In this document: positions 13,518-26,761 of the stretch, in pieces
How the letters are laid out: every line of letters starts with the position of its first letter
How positions within the stretch are numbered: position 1 is the first letter of the stretch
NCBI RefSeq assembly: GCF_001194135.2
Contig: NC_068995.1
Coordinates: 39,108,151 to 39,172,150, forward strand
Length of the DNA stretch: 64,000 nucleotides
Direction of reading: 5' to 3'
DNA from: Octopus bimaculoides
Taxonomy: Eukaryota
The notes under the pieces: model-generated
What the model saw: the letters and a program-made list of their open reading frames with translations, nothing else
Told to the model about the DNA's origin: nothing
Databases searched by the model: none
Program-made: the position numbers and the translations under genes

Positions 13518-14290
13518 ATCATACTCAGTAACAAAACAGGCAAAGGAATATCTAAATGAATTCCGAATACAAAAACTTCCAGAATTAGATATACTAGAAA
13601 CAAACACAGAAAATGCTAAGCGCATAAAAACTCGTGCTAAAACTGCTGCCTTAGATATTATGAGTGATAAATGGTAGGAGAAACCTCTCAATGGAAATAC
13701 CTAAAGAGAGCGAACAATGCCCATGTTGACAAAACCCTTACCCATTAATGGTTAATGGCTTCTGGCTTAAAATCAGAAACAGATGGGTTTATCATAGCAG
13801 CCCAAGATCAATGCCTACTTACAAGGAACTACCAGGCCAACATATTAAAGAACGGCAGCTCTCCAATAAGTCGTGTATGTAAACAACGAAATGAGACCAT
13901 TGATCATGTTGTCTCCATGTGTAGTGTTCTTGCGCCTACAGTGTTTCTCAACAGGTATGATAGAGCTGCACAATATATTCACTGGATAATTTGAAAAAAA
14001 GCTTGAACTTGCCCCATGATAAAACTGGTAGGAACACAAACCGCCCCCAGTGCTTTAAAATGATCTCATCTCACTCCTATGGAACTTCACCATTCAAACT
14101 GACTGAAAGATAGATGCAAATAGGCCAGACATTATATTGAAAGACTTCTGACAAAAAATCATGCCTCCTCGTTGATATGACTGTCCCAATCGATATGAAC
14201 GTATCTGTCAAGACCTACGAAAAACTGAGCAAGTATAAACATCTTTAGACCTGTTGTCATAGGTGCCCTAGGAATGATAGTCTGGAAATA
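12270..14290 (+). mobile_element. R4/Dong-clade (RLE) non-LTR retrotransposon, degenerate and 5'-truncated
   Basis: RT motifs YRPIVCL, KDQLLTNKMILE, AWLDYKK.FDS and HLVCMDDLQLFAK, plus YKYLG. C-terminal SETDGFIIAAQDQCL, the zinc knuckle CKQRNETIDHVVSMC, RYDRAAQYIHW, RPDI and VVIGALG. Confidence 0.9.
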
Positions 14291-14294
14291 CCCT

Positions 14295-16400
14295 GTTCTT
14301 CAATTCGACTGGAGAATTCACCATGATAGCAATATAAGCCAAATTGATATAACCATTCACATCAAATTGTGCCTTTCCATTTCTCAATTTGACGAGCCAG
14401 ACTGAGAAATGTTCTGCTCATTTGTCCCCATGTAACAAAGCTCGCAGAATTTCTGTACTTAATTCCATAGGTGTGAAGATTTAATGCATGCTTCTATTTT
14501 ATCAGATGTTATTATTCTCGGAATGACCGGTAATGTCTGTCTGAGTTCTCCTGGTAAAGCTAATGTGACTTCCCCATAGATTTATTGTCTCTTATGTCTT
14601 GTAAGGTTTTATCAAGAACGTCCAATGCACCTCTATGTGACATGGTGCATTCGTCACAAATGATCAGGTGACATTGACGCAACACTTCTGCTGAAGTTGA
14701 ACCTTTGCTTATGTCACTAATTGGACTGTCATTTGTGACCAGGTTTACCAGCAATTTAAAAGCAGAATGAAATGTTTGTCCTCTTGGGAGAATGGTGGCT
14801 GCATTGCTAAACATTGCTACAGCAACTGCAATTCATTTTTATTGCTTTACCTCTGAGAAGTGCATCAAGAAAGAAAATTCTCCCCCTTTTTTTTCTATGA
14901 CGGACGAAATAATGCTATCATATGCACAGCGTTGTTCTGGAAGAAGTTTAGGGTCATGTTCATTCAGAAATGAAGCCCTCTCTGTGATGTCATAATGTGT
15001 CTCTCTTGCTATGTTAAATCACTAATTTCACAGTTTGGTTTTGGCAGTCCAGAGCCAGACTCTTGCAAAGTTTTGCCTCCGATAGCCAAAACTTGATCCA
15101 CAATTCCAATCAGTACTTGGTTAAAAATTGTTGCAGAGAACTGAATATTGATATCTGAGTTTGCCTATTGAACTGCATGCTTTAAGGCCTCAGCCATGTC
15201 CTCACGATGTTTTATCCAAAGCTGTAAGGGACTGCCAAGTTGACACATGTTCAGTATGATTGCAAAATGGTTGCGGAATTTCCTTGGAGAATCTGATACT
15301 GATGCTTCAGGCAATGCAAGGTCCCAATGCTAATCATATTCTAAAAAAACCTTGTTGATACCATGCTTCTCCATATGTTTCACACACATGACCATTTACG
15401 CGACTCAAATTTTGGAATGATTTGGGACCCTGTACATTATTCCAAATAAACCATACGTAGTAGCATTCTGCGTGGCTTGGGTGGACATTGTAAAATTTTG
15501 CAAGAGCATCAGCTCCACGTTTCTTCGTGTGCCATTTATTGTTTCTCCAGCTCTAATGAATGTTTAAGGACAAAGGAGTTTTCTTGCATCTTCATCTACT
15601 TACCACAACTTAAGCAGTAAGGGTAGTTTCTTCTGGAGGAAGTACTTGTTGAAAGGTTGCTTGTTTTGCAAAGATAACCCTGTGGCCATTCTCTAGATGA
15701 ACACTCAGATGAATGATAGCTGGGTACCTCTAAAAAATAGAAAAAAGTGAGGATGCACCAAAACGCCTCATTGGTACTGATGTATCTTGCTTTGTTATAC
15801 TGTGCAACCTTGTCATTTTTATTTCTATGCTTAATGCCATTCTGCATAAGAGTGTATTGTTGTTGGTACTCCGTCGCTTACGACGTCGAGGGTTCCAGTT
15901 GATCCGATCAACGGAACAGCCTGCTCGTAAAATTAACGTGCCTGTGGCTGAGCACTCCACAGTCACGTGTACCCTTAACGTAGTTCTCGGGGATATTCAG
16001 CGTGACACAGTGTGAGAAGGCTGACCCTTTGAATTACAGGTAAAACAGAAACTGGAAGTAAGAGTGAGAGAAAGTTGTGGTGAAAGAGTACAGCAGGGTT
16101 CACCACCATCCCCTGCCGGAGCCTCGTGGGGCTTTAGGTGTTTTCGCTCAATGAACAGTCACAATGCCCAGTCTTGGAATCGAAACCGCGATCCTATGAC
16201 CACGAGTCCGCTTCCCTAACCACTGGGCAATTGCGCCTCCACATAAGATTGTATATTGCAGCATGTAAACCTTTGTATAAATATTTGCAAACATATTTCA
16301 TAGAGTTATCATAGTTGCAGAATTCAACATTGACTCTAGCTACCAGTACCTGTCTTTGCTTAACAGTAAAATACTTCTCAACTATACCTCAACTATACCT
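14295..16400 (-). mobile_element. Helitron Rep-helicase fragment, interrupted by a SINE
   Basis: Minus strand reads VNVEFC..SMKYVCKYLYKG (16.3 kb), RYISTNEAFW, VHPSHAECYY..GPKSF, LIICDECTMSH..LDVLDKTLQDIR and GELRQTLPVIPR..ACIKSSHLW. These are Helitron Rep-end and PIF1-like helicase motifs. Confidence 0.9.
15858..16241 (-). mobile_element. Full-length SINE family B inserted in the Helitron
   Basis: Reverse complement of 11439-11816. TSD cataaga(g/t)tgtat at 15845-15857 and 16242-16254. Confidence 0.9.
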
Positions 16401-17103
16401 CTTGTAGCAAGTGAGAACATTGTTCTCGGAAACATTTTTGAAAAATAAAGCTGCGATTAAATGAAAAACTGAGTTACGGGGTTATCTTCACAGGTTGTGG
16501 CGATTGTGGAACGCTGCACACATACAGGCGTACACACGCACCACACACGCACCACACACGCACACACAGACACACACACGCACTCACACACACATACATA
16601 TATACAGTATCAGACATCAGATGAAATGGACGTGTGAGTGGGCGTGAGAGAGAGAGAGGAAGAGAGGGGTGTGTTGTCATGTATACGTACATACCTAAAA
16701 GTTATAAATACGACTGCGTTTTGTGTCTGTGCGCGTGTGCGTGTTTGACAGAGTGGGAGAAAGAGAGAGTGAGTGCCACTTAGACATTACACTCGCTCTC
16801 TCTCTCTCTCTCTCACAAACACACACGCACACACATAGATAGAAAAAAGATGTATGCATATGTATTTACGTATGTCTGTATACGTGACAACACATCCCTT
16901 CACTCACTGTCTCTTTTTTTTCTTTCTCTCTCTCACACATATATACACACAGACACATACACATACATACACACAAACGCACACACATACATAAATGTAT
17001 AGAAACGTTCATTCAAAGAGACACGTGTGTGACTGAATACAAATAAAATAGACCTGAACACGCGCGCAAAAAGTAAATAAATGTGTGTGCTTATATTAGA
17101 GAG

Positions 17104-17190
<87 letters not shown>

Positions 17191-17939
17191 TGCAAACAAT
17201 GAATGAAATAAACATGAAATCAAAAAGTCGTATAAATAAAAGCTCGTTAAAAACTATCTTGTACCGAATATTCAAATTTATGAACTTAGTGTATGTTTCT
17301 GTCAGTAATTTGTCGTAGTTGTTTGCAAATGGCAAATTCAAATTTGAAATGAAAACATTAAAATAGGGTGACAGACTAAGCAAATAAAAATGGAAAATTT
17401 CGCTCTTTCTACGTCAATATCGGAATTTGACATTGTGAAACCTTTCAAAAGAAGTGAATCATATATATAAAGCAATAGTATTTATTTTTGATTAAAAACT
17501 GAACTGAAGACCCTATTATGTTTACGAGATCAAATTATTCATGTATCCAAACTATGGAAGCAAATCGCGCATCCGTTTTCGCGTGAAAAAAATCGAATAT
17601 ACACACACGCACACAGGTCTATAATATATTATATTATATTATATTATATTATATTATATTATAATATATACAAATTAAAATTCAGGAAACAGAGATTTGG
17701 CATTAATATAATTTATTAACTGCAAAAACTCAATATTTCTCTTACAGCTGTCGTTGATTGGTTAAAATTACCCAACTTTAACACGAAATAACTTCTAAGA
17801 TACGAAATTTTGTCAAAAGTGTTGGAAGCAAGCCGTGTTCAGCGTGAGAAATTAGACCAGTTATCGAAGTTTGAGACTAGCTAAAAAAAAAAATAATAAA
17901 AAAATCTGTGAGCGAAACTGAAGAGATTCCTAACAAGTT

Positions 17940-18210
17940 TAAAGGGGTGAGGAGTCTATTACAACTCCAGTGATCAACTGGTACTTATTTTAAAATCATG
18001 AGTGACGAGAGCTCTTTAACAGGATGTGTTGTCGTCGTGAAGAATCCAATTATTCGCGCTTCACAGAACCAGTCGCTTTCGCCAAATGTCCTCCCGGAAG
18101 GCTGAAAGGTAAAGTTCACCTCGGCTGTATTTGAACTCAGAACGTAAACCTGAAGGAAGCGCCACATACAATTTTTCCGACGGGCTAACAATTCTGCCAG
18201 CTCGCCACCT
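17940..18210 (-). mobile_element. SINE family A containing a ~105-bp mariner fragment
   Basis: The flanks match SINE A. 17992-18095 aligns in the same orientation with 26141-26244, inside the mariner. Confidence 0.8.
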
Positions 18211-19726
18211 TAGCCGATTTCGAATTTGGTTTCAAATTGTTGCTCAAGATGTGACGTGATGGATATGAAAGTTGAAACTAGATATAGCTTACCGTCAAGC
18301 AAATATTTCACTAATGCCGGCATGGCTACACGACTCCGAGGATCCAAACATGAAATGCATTTAAAATTACTGAAGACATTGTTGTAGAACTTGCTTTTAG
18401 ATCTACTTAACAATGGTTACACATAAATCTCATATTGTTACACAGACAACTCAGCCTGTTGAAGCACAGGTACACCTATACTGTACTTGTGTTCATAAAT
18501 GCGGTAGGTGCTGTACTACCGCTTTATATATTTTCAGTTATGCGCGCGCGCACACACACACATTATATTAAAAATAACAAGCTGGAAAAAATTAAACCGT
18601 AAAAGTGTTCTTAGAAAGTTGTACATACATACAAGCAGTTATGTACTGAATTAGTAAGTATTTCACATGCGACTGAGACCGAATCAGTCGCAGTCATATT
18701 CTTAATGCTGTTTAGCTCTGAATCAGTGCAGAAGAAGCGTGTCTGGGATATTTTTCTCTTACAGCTCTGGTTTGCATGCCCTGTAAGTGAGCGAGGTCGC
18801 TACATTCACTTGGGTGAAGGGGCAAGTTGATTACTTCGGCACTAGTAGTTGAATGGTAATTCATTTTATCGACGAAGATTTTATTTAAAACGATATACTT
18901 CGAACTGATGGATATCTAACAGCTATTTATAGCAAGCTGAGTGACCTTGTAAAGACTGCATGACGTTCACGTAGACGTGTAGTTTAGTTGTTAAATTGAA
19001 ATTGATGGTATAGGAGAGGCTGAATGTGTTCATATCCGTACATATATTTGCTGTTGGATGTAAGGGTTGTTTTATATCTAAACTTTTATCATTCATCTGT
19101 TAGTACAGATGGTCTGAGGCAAAAAAAAAGAGAAGAAAAATGAGATTTACGACCACTGGCAGAAAAATATAAGTAAGAAATTTATCCTAAGCTGATAACC
19201 TTTTAGCACAGATTTACATACAGGTGCATACTTCTACGCACATATAGAGAAACACAGATATGGAAACATAGAGAAATTAAGATATACAGTAGTAACGGAA
19301 TACCTAACAATAACAAAAATGAGAGAGCCAACATATATAAGTAAGATGTGGGTAACCAATTATATTTATTTCAATAGTTTCGACACCAGGAAAGACTATG
19401 ATTAGAATGTCGATAAAAATGTAGAGAGAATGATATGTGTGTGTGTGTTTCTGTGTGTGTGCGTGTGTGAAAAGAAAGACGGAAAGGGAAGAGATCAGAA
19501 CAGGTGCTGTGAGGTGTGTATTTCGTGCCTGTGTGTCTATGTGGGAAGGCAATGAGTACGAGTAATCTAATCATGTGAAATGAATGCACCAAGAGTAATT
19601 GATTTTAAGAAAGAGAAAACTGATAATTTACACACTAAAGCAAAATTATATGTGCGTCTAAATGAGTGTGCCCGTGTGTGTGTGTGTTTGTGTGTGTGTT
19701 TGTGTGTGTATAATTATGTATATATA

Positions 19727-19775
<49 letters not shown>

Positions 19776-20874
19776 TCATACAGCCTACATAATTCACTCA
19801 ACACGTTTACATTGCTCGAATAAATATAAACTTTAGATATGTATTTCTTTAAGATAAAACATACGTTTGGGGAAAGCCACCTGAAGCTTAAACTAGTCTC
19901 CATAATTAATGAAATATTTGTTTCTTTTAATCACTAAGATATTCTACTCATACATTATATCTGAAAAGAAATCTCGTCTATTTTGAATGAGTTTCTTAAT
20001 TTGGTATTCATATCGTATAAAAATCAATGTTATTTAGGCTATTACTGATCAAGATTCTGTGATTTTATAGTAAGATTAAATAAAGAATTGAGCAAGCTAA
20101 CAGGGTCCTTATATTAGGTCGCGCAAATTGGTAGAAATAGCAGCTAAAATGAAAAGTCCCATATATTAAAACATCCAGTGATATCATTCGAAGGGTATTC
20201 CGAGTCATTATCGTATACCAGTGAATATTCTTTACGATGCCTTTCAAAATGCAAAAGAATTTTGTCACTTAAAATTCAAATTGGACACGAGCGGTGCAAA
20301 CTATGCGCCTATTCACAATGTTCGCATTTCTAGGCGGATTGCTTTCGATTACAATATATCGGACAAGCCATCAACAAGGGCATCTCGCCTCTCCAAGTTA
20401 TTTGATGAAGTGAATCACCTCCCTCAACAACAGAAATAGTTCATAACTTCATTTATTCAGCTAAATATTACTAAATTGATTAGGTGAAAAATTGACATTG
20501 AAAGACATAATTAATCAACTGTCTTCTGATACAAACGACACATATACAAAATCGTGTGTATATGTGCTTATCCATGTATATGCGCGCGTTTATATGTGTG
20601 TGTCTGTACGTATATATTTATGCGTGTGTATGTGTGTTTGTGTGTGGATGTATATAAAGAAAGACAGAACGGGAAAAAGGCAGAACATGTCGTGGTGTAG
20701 GGTTTGTATTGTGTGAACGTATGTATGCAGGTGTGTCTATCTGGGAGTGCAATTAGCACGAGTAATCTAATCACGCGAATGGAATGCAGCATATGTAATT
20801 GAGTTGAAGAAAAAAAACTGTTATATATATATAAACTTTTTAACTCTTTTACTTGTTTTAACTCTTTTTAATTG

Positions 20875-20910
<36 letters not shown>

Positions 20911-20970
20911 CTTTAGTCGATCAAATAGACCCCAGGACTTATTCTTTGTAAGCGTTGCACTTATTCTATC

Positions 20971-21008
<38 letters not shown>

Positions 21009-22215
21009 GTGTATCTGTGTGTATGATGTGTGTCTGTGTATCTCGGAATATACGATTTTTTGTAAGTCGATATTTTCCTACAAGCACGTACGTAGACATA
21101 CCGCATACTAAACTAGAGTGAATATCTTGAATATTATTGCATTTCTATAAGACATGCAATTTTAGTTATCTCAGTCAAGCATTTTCTAGGTTTACGAAGT
21201 CCAGCTTGTCAAGTTTGGTACTGAGACACATAGGCACATTGCAAAATATCCCAATAAACTTCCATTTACTTGTTTCTTTTAAAATAATGATAAAGCCTGC
21301 TGGGCAACAGATTTTGACGACTGCACTGTCGCCTTTTGGCTCAATAGACATAATACTTGCGAACGTGTACTTAGATTTTTGCAGAGATTTTAACACAAGC
21401 ATTGCATTTCATGCCTATTATCGGGAAGCACGATATTTATAGTAATGTAACCTCTTATGTTTTTATGTTTGTGACTATTCTTTCTCTGAATTGCGTTGTA
21501 TAGTATTTTGAATACAAGATCAAGCTTCATACGTAAGTCGTATCGGGATGATTAAAATTATCTGATAACGGCTTATTACGTGAATTTCGCTTCCTAACAA
21601 CTACCTATCATTTAGATCGTATTTTCTACTTCACCGCACAAAAGTTAGATACTATTTTCAGATATTTTACCAGCACCCCACCCTCATTTATGCTTCGGTT
21701 AAGCACACGTTGTCATTATTTGATAATAAGACTTAATACAATGTTAATGGTGAGTCATGTGCATATATGTCTGTACATAAGTATGTATTTATATATATAC
21801 GTCTATGTTTTTCAGAGAGAGAGAATCGTCCCCGTGCAAGGTCTTTCCTCAATTTAAAAAAGCTCCAGACCTCACTTAATTTATAACATTAGCAATATGT
21901 TTTGCATAATATGGTTGGTCGTAATTATAGAAGATACAATGCTCAATGATGGATTCGCTGATGGAATGAAGGCATGTGTCAGCGTGGATAGTAACTCACT
22001 AAGCACCTACCGCAAGAAGCGGCCATCGTTTCCACATCTGTGCAAAAGTAGTGGTTTCTAGCAAGAAACCACATCCATGCTGCTTTAAGTGAACAAACAA
22101 GCAATGGCATTACTCGAACTTGAGTCGCAACCATCTTTTTGCATATAAGTACATATGTGTAGATTTGCATATATGTATGTATATGTATGTATGCATGTAC
22201 ATACACACATACAGA

Positions 22216-22278
<63 letters not shown>

Positions 22279-23499
22279 AACACGTATGCAAATTCATATA
22301 ACCATAAACCCCTGAGAGTTGCAAGAATGTTATTGCCCATTTACGTATCAGAAAACTTTTAAATTTCCGCAAATTATTCCTGAAAGATTAAGCTGTCATT
22401 AATTGTAAAGTTAATAAGCATTAAAGATATTTTGGCTATTTGTGCACGGTTAACGACCAAGAAGCCTTAAATAAATGTCAGTAAAATATTCTTTTATGAT
22501 GTCTGATAACTCAGATAATTTTATTAATGCGTCTTAAGATTTAAATAACTTTAAAAGATGCCTTCGTCATGCAGACTTATAAAGATTGCTAGCAGACAGA
22601 TTTGCCAGACCATCGGAATACATTTTATGGTGTATTTCTGTCAGCTCTTTTCTTTCGGAATCCAATACCCACTAGGTATTGAATCCAGGAACTGTTCGCC
22701 TTTGATCTTTTACGAAGCTAACAAAATAAATTATCGGTACTGAGTTCTATGATATCACTTAACTTTCTTAAAAAACAGTGCTATTCTAGTGCCTAAATTA
22801 GAAAACAGTATGTAGGCTAACAGGAAAACTAGATTAGGTGTCACAGCAAGTAAATGGGTTTACTAAGTCCTAAAATGTAGTGTACAATGTGTAGTTAAGG
22901 GTAACTGTAGTTACCGAGAAACTATCAAATGCCATGGTGTTACTCTGCGTCCATTGCTTGGACCACTTCTGTCTGTAATGGACAGAGAGACTTTTGTTCA
23001 AAACTACAAACATAAATCCGTACCACTCGAAAGTAGCTATGAATTAGTTACTTCAAAATACTTTTTCTTAAAATTTAATCATAAGCGTAGAATTAACGCA
23101 TTAGTTTTCCTCAACTACAATATCAATCCCAATTATTGAAAGAAAGTAAATGCCAGATTGAATTGCAATTTATAAAAAACACAACACATGCAGGCATATA
23201 TATAAATATGTGTGCATGCGCGCGTGTGTATGTATATTATTATGAGCATGTATGTATGTGCACGCGCGATGGTTGCAATTTGATTTCAAGCAATGCCATC
23301 GCTTGGTTGTACTCCTAAAGTTCCTTTTAGGGACCAGACTCTTTTGCACAGATGTGTCGACCAAGCACGTCTCTAGCAGCGGGTTCACTGGAAGACACAT
23401 GCCTTCATTCCACCAGGGAATGTTTCATCAAATGTTCTGTCACGTTCAGCGACGACCAGCCATAATATGCAACGCATAGTAGAGATGTCAAAAATCAAA

Positions 23500-24810
23500 A
23501 ATTGCCTGTGACTGAAACAATTTGAAGTGAAGAAACATCTTGCACAGAGACAATCTCATACTCTAAACAACGTATTGATTTCCCCAACAAGAACAACTAG
23601 TCGACATCATGGGATACAAGCGAAGTCACAACACTGCCTCAATATTTTTCTTCTTAGAGAGAAGCGTAAAAAAAGCCTGTGTGTCTGTCACTGCAGGTGT
23701 TTGTTGTTTAGGAGACTGTTAATGAGCTAACAGTTACTTCTTATGATCTTACATTATTGGAACATTCAACTACGGAAGACAACCGATGTCCTGTGATAAA
23801 AGACAAAGGGTTTTATGCCTTCACCAAGAGGACATGTCAAATTCTGTAACACAGACGTTATACAGAGAGATATGGAAAGAAAACAAAGCAGTTAAACACG
23901 TCCTATTATATGAAAGATCGTGAATAATTCTAGCTGAAAATCTGGAACAAAGAGAGGGATCTCAACATTAATGCATGGAAGTTAAATGCAGTAATGTGAG
24001 AATTCTGTATCACCATCAACAGTAAATCATATGCAATTAAACTGGAAACTTCCTACCATAGCGGGAGGCAAACTGCATAATAGGAAGACACCTAGAAAGG
24101 AATTAAAATATGGGTATTGGTATGAAAGGCTGATATTTTAAAGGAAATCACTATTTATATTCAGAAACTTTATGGAAGGTTAGATTGACAACCACATTGT
24201 CTGGTTATAGTACAGACAAATCTTGTAGCCAAGAATGAAATCACCGCTCTGGTTGAAATCTATAGTTCCATCGCCTGCCTAAACATTTTGTACAAAGTGT
24301 AAACCCAATTTCTCAGAATCATTGGGAATTTAAGAGCATAATGACTGATGAGTAGTCCTGTGGAAAGAAGGGAATGCCGGTATGTGCCGAACAACATTTG
24401 ATAAACATAGCTACTCTGTCTGAACTAAATATAAGAAAAAACATGGTAGTAGTCTCACAGCAGCATGATCTGGTTATAGGAATGCATTTGTTTCTATTCT
24501 TCAGTTAAGGCTGCCGAAGTATCTCCATTTGGCAAGATTGCTTGATCTCTTAATTGTCGCCATTAAGGGGTTCACAAAAAACATGTACAGCAATTCTAAC
24601 AGTTAGAACTGAGAGTGGAACGTTTGTCTCCAATGATATAAATATTTCAAAGGAAATATTCCAAGGAGACTGTCTTTCTGTATTGCTCTTCTTTTTGTCA
24701 TTAAATCCATTATCATTTCTGCTACATGCTAGGGTCTGCAATTACTTGAGATATTGGTGCAACAAAGAACTTCTTAGTATATGACCACAAGATTTATGCT
24801 AAAGTGTGAT
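23500..24810 (+). mobile_element. Highly degenerate R4/Dong-like RT fragment
   Basis: EIFQGDCLSVLLFFLSLNPLSFLL followed by a decayed H-L-L-Y-M-D-D-L-K-I-Y-A-K region. Upstream remnants include WKLNAVM, NWKLPT and GKKG. Confidence 0.7.
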
Positions 24811-25823
24811 AATGATAATAAAATCAACTGGAATTAAAACCAAGAATTTTCATAGAACATACATAAATACATAATCCTCATTAGTATAAAAATATGGTCA
24901 CGATTCATCTACCACGTTAGTCCGAAACCCTAACCACGATATGAAAACTTAGCTTCATTAAACCATATATGTCTGTTTGTGTGTATGTATACATGAATGG
25001 CTGTATGCATCAATGCATACATATATATGTCTATACACAAATACGTGTGAGCGCGTGTATCTTTTTCGATTCAGATATATATTTATAGTATTATTAAGAA
25101 CGTTTTTCCTGGAATTAAATGTTCTCTTAGTTTCCTTTGTGTTCCCTATTTACTTTTTAAATGTTTAACCCATGTATATATTTCCTATGGCCAAAATATT
25201 ACAATTTGCTGGAAGATTTCGCTGGCGAAATACTGCCTCTGTAATTCTAGAGATTCAATCGACAAAAATTTATATTGGATTCTATTTATATTTCCAATTT
25301 ATTTGCTTTCTAGCGATTGCCAATAGCCACAAATAATTGTGTAGATATGGTTTTCTATCTGCTTGTCGATTAAATTTTTTCTCACCCATCTATGCATGTA
25401 TCTATTTTCTATTTATCTGACTGTATATTTATCAAGCTTTGTCTCTATATGTTATATATGGATTTATCTATTTTTGTTCTCTCTTATTTAGGATACTGAT
25501 AAAGCTATAAATTTTTGTTCATAGAGATAAACATATGGAATTTTTATTTAGTAAAAGTGTTATTAGCATATTATTGAAGGAATGAAGAATCTCACATGAT
25601 GGACTAATGAGTGACGGCCTCTGACAACCACAATTCTTCCCCACACACCGCTTAATCGCGCTTCAGCCTTTCATACTGTTCTCCCTGTCCGGTCTTTGAT
25701 TTCATCAGCTGACAGAAACTCTAAAGCAAGCTATTACAGACATTACGATATTTACTTACCTCTATTGACGCTCCGAAATGAAATCCCGCTGAAAGAAAGT
25801 CTCCTTAGATTCCTTCTGCGATA

Positions 25824-26761
25824 CGAGGTGGTATCAAAAGGTTCCCGGACTAGTCGGGTTTGATAAAAAAAATTATTTACCTAAGTTTTAACATCATCTC
25901 CTTCGAAATAGTTACCATGCCCAGCAATACACCGGGCCCAGCCTTCCTCCCACTTTTGTAATCCGACCTAGAAGTCGTTTTCCGTAAGCGAGTCGAGGAC
26001 CTTCTGCGATTCGCTCTGGTTAACGTCAGCTGTTTTAAAACGGTGATCTTTGAGCTGTTCTATCATCTTTGGAAAGAGATGGAGGTCTGCAGATGCAAAT
26101 AGTGCGAGTGCAGAATCTATGGCATGTTGTTTAGGGAGAGAAAATCACGAGTGACGAGAGCACGGTGACAGGATGCTTTCTCGTCGTGAAGAATTCAATT
26201 ATTCGCACTCCACAGAACTAGTCGCTTTCGCCAAATATCCTCCCACAAACGTATCAAAATGTCGCAGTAGAACTCTCGATTGACGGTCAGGCCCTGGAGG
26301 ACGAATATTATCGTTGCGCAATACCGCGAATGTCAAAACACACTATAAACATTCTCTTGATTGAAGTGCGGCTATGTCGCGCCTTCTTCGGTCGTAGAGA
26401 TGAAGGGATATTCTTCAGTTTTTGAAACGCCCGTGCCATTAAAAATATTGCGTACGATCCATTGCTTCACCGCTATAAGCTTACCGAAGCATGCTCAATA
26501 TCTCTGTCACAGACTTCCGAAATATAACGCGAAATGTCATGTTAGTTCTTTGTTGCTGTACGTGAAATAATCGCAGATTACAACATACACATGATCACAG
26601 AAGCACAAAATTCACAATTTCCGAAGTTATCACAGTAACTTCACTCGGCATGTTGCCTCATGAAAATCACTGCTGTCTCTTACTGCGCACACAATCGTTT
26701 GCTGCCATCTGTTGGCGCATTACGTTCTGATATCACCTCGGAACGTTCTGATATCACCTCG
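25824..26761 (-). mobile_element. Internally deleted mariner with both TIRs and TA TSD
   Basis: Left end ta|cgaggtggtatcaaaaggttcc, right end ggaacgttctgatatcacctcg|ta. The internal sequence is a degenerate mariner transposase on the minus strand. Confidence 0.85.

Noticed and set aside
18765-18782. 18-nt micro-exon candidate (ttttctcttacag|...|gtaagt)
   Set aside because: The splice-like flanks are good, but it lies in SINE-like sequence and there is no plus-strand gene to attach it to.
21130-21440. piggyBac-like C-terminal cysteine motif (FCNVPMCL)
   Set aside because: Single short motif; no TTAA-bounded TIRs or catalytic region found.
25760-25788. 29-nt minus-strand exon candidate with a strong gtaagt donor
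   Set aside because: It lies downstream of the ECT2L-like stop codon, encodes no recognisable peptide and has no partner exons.
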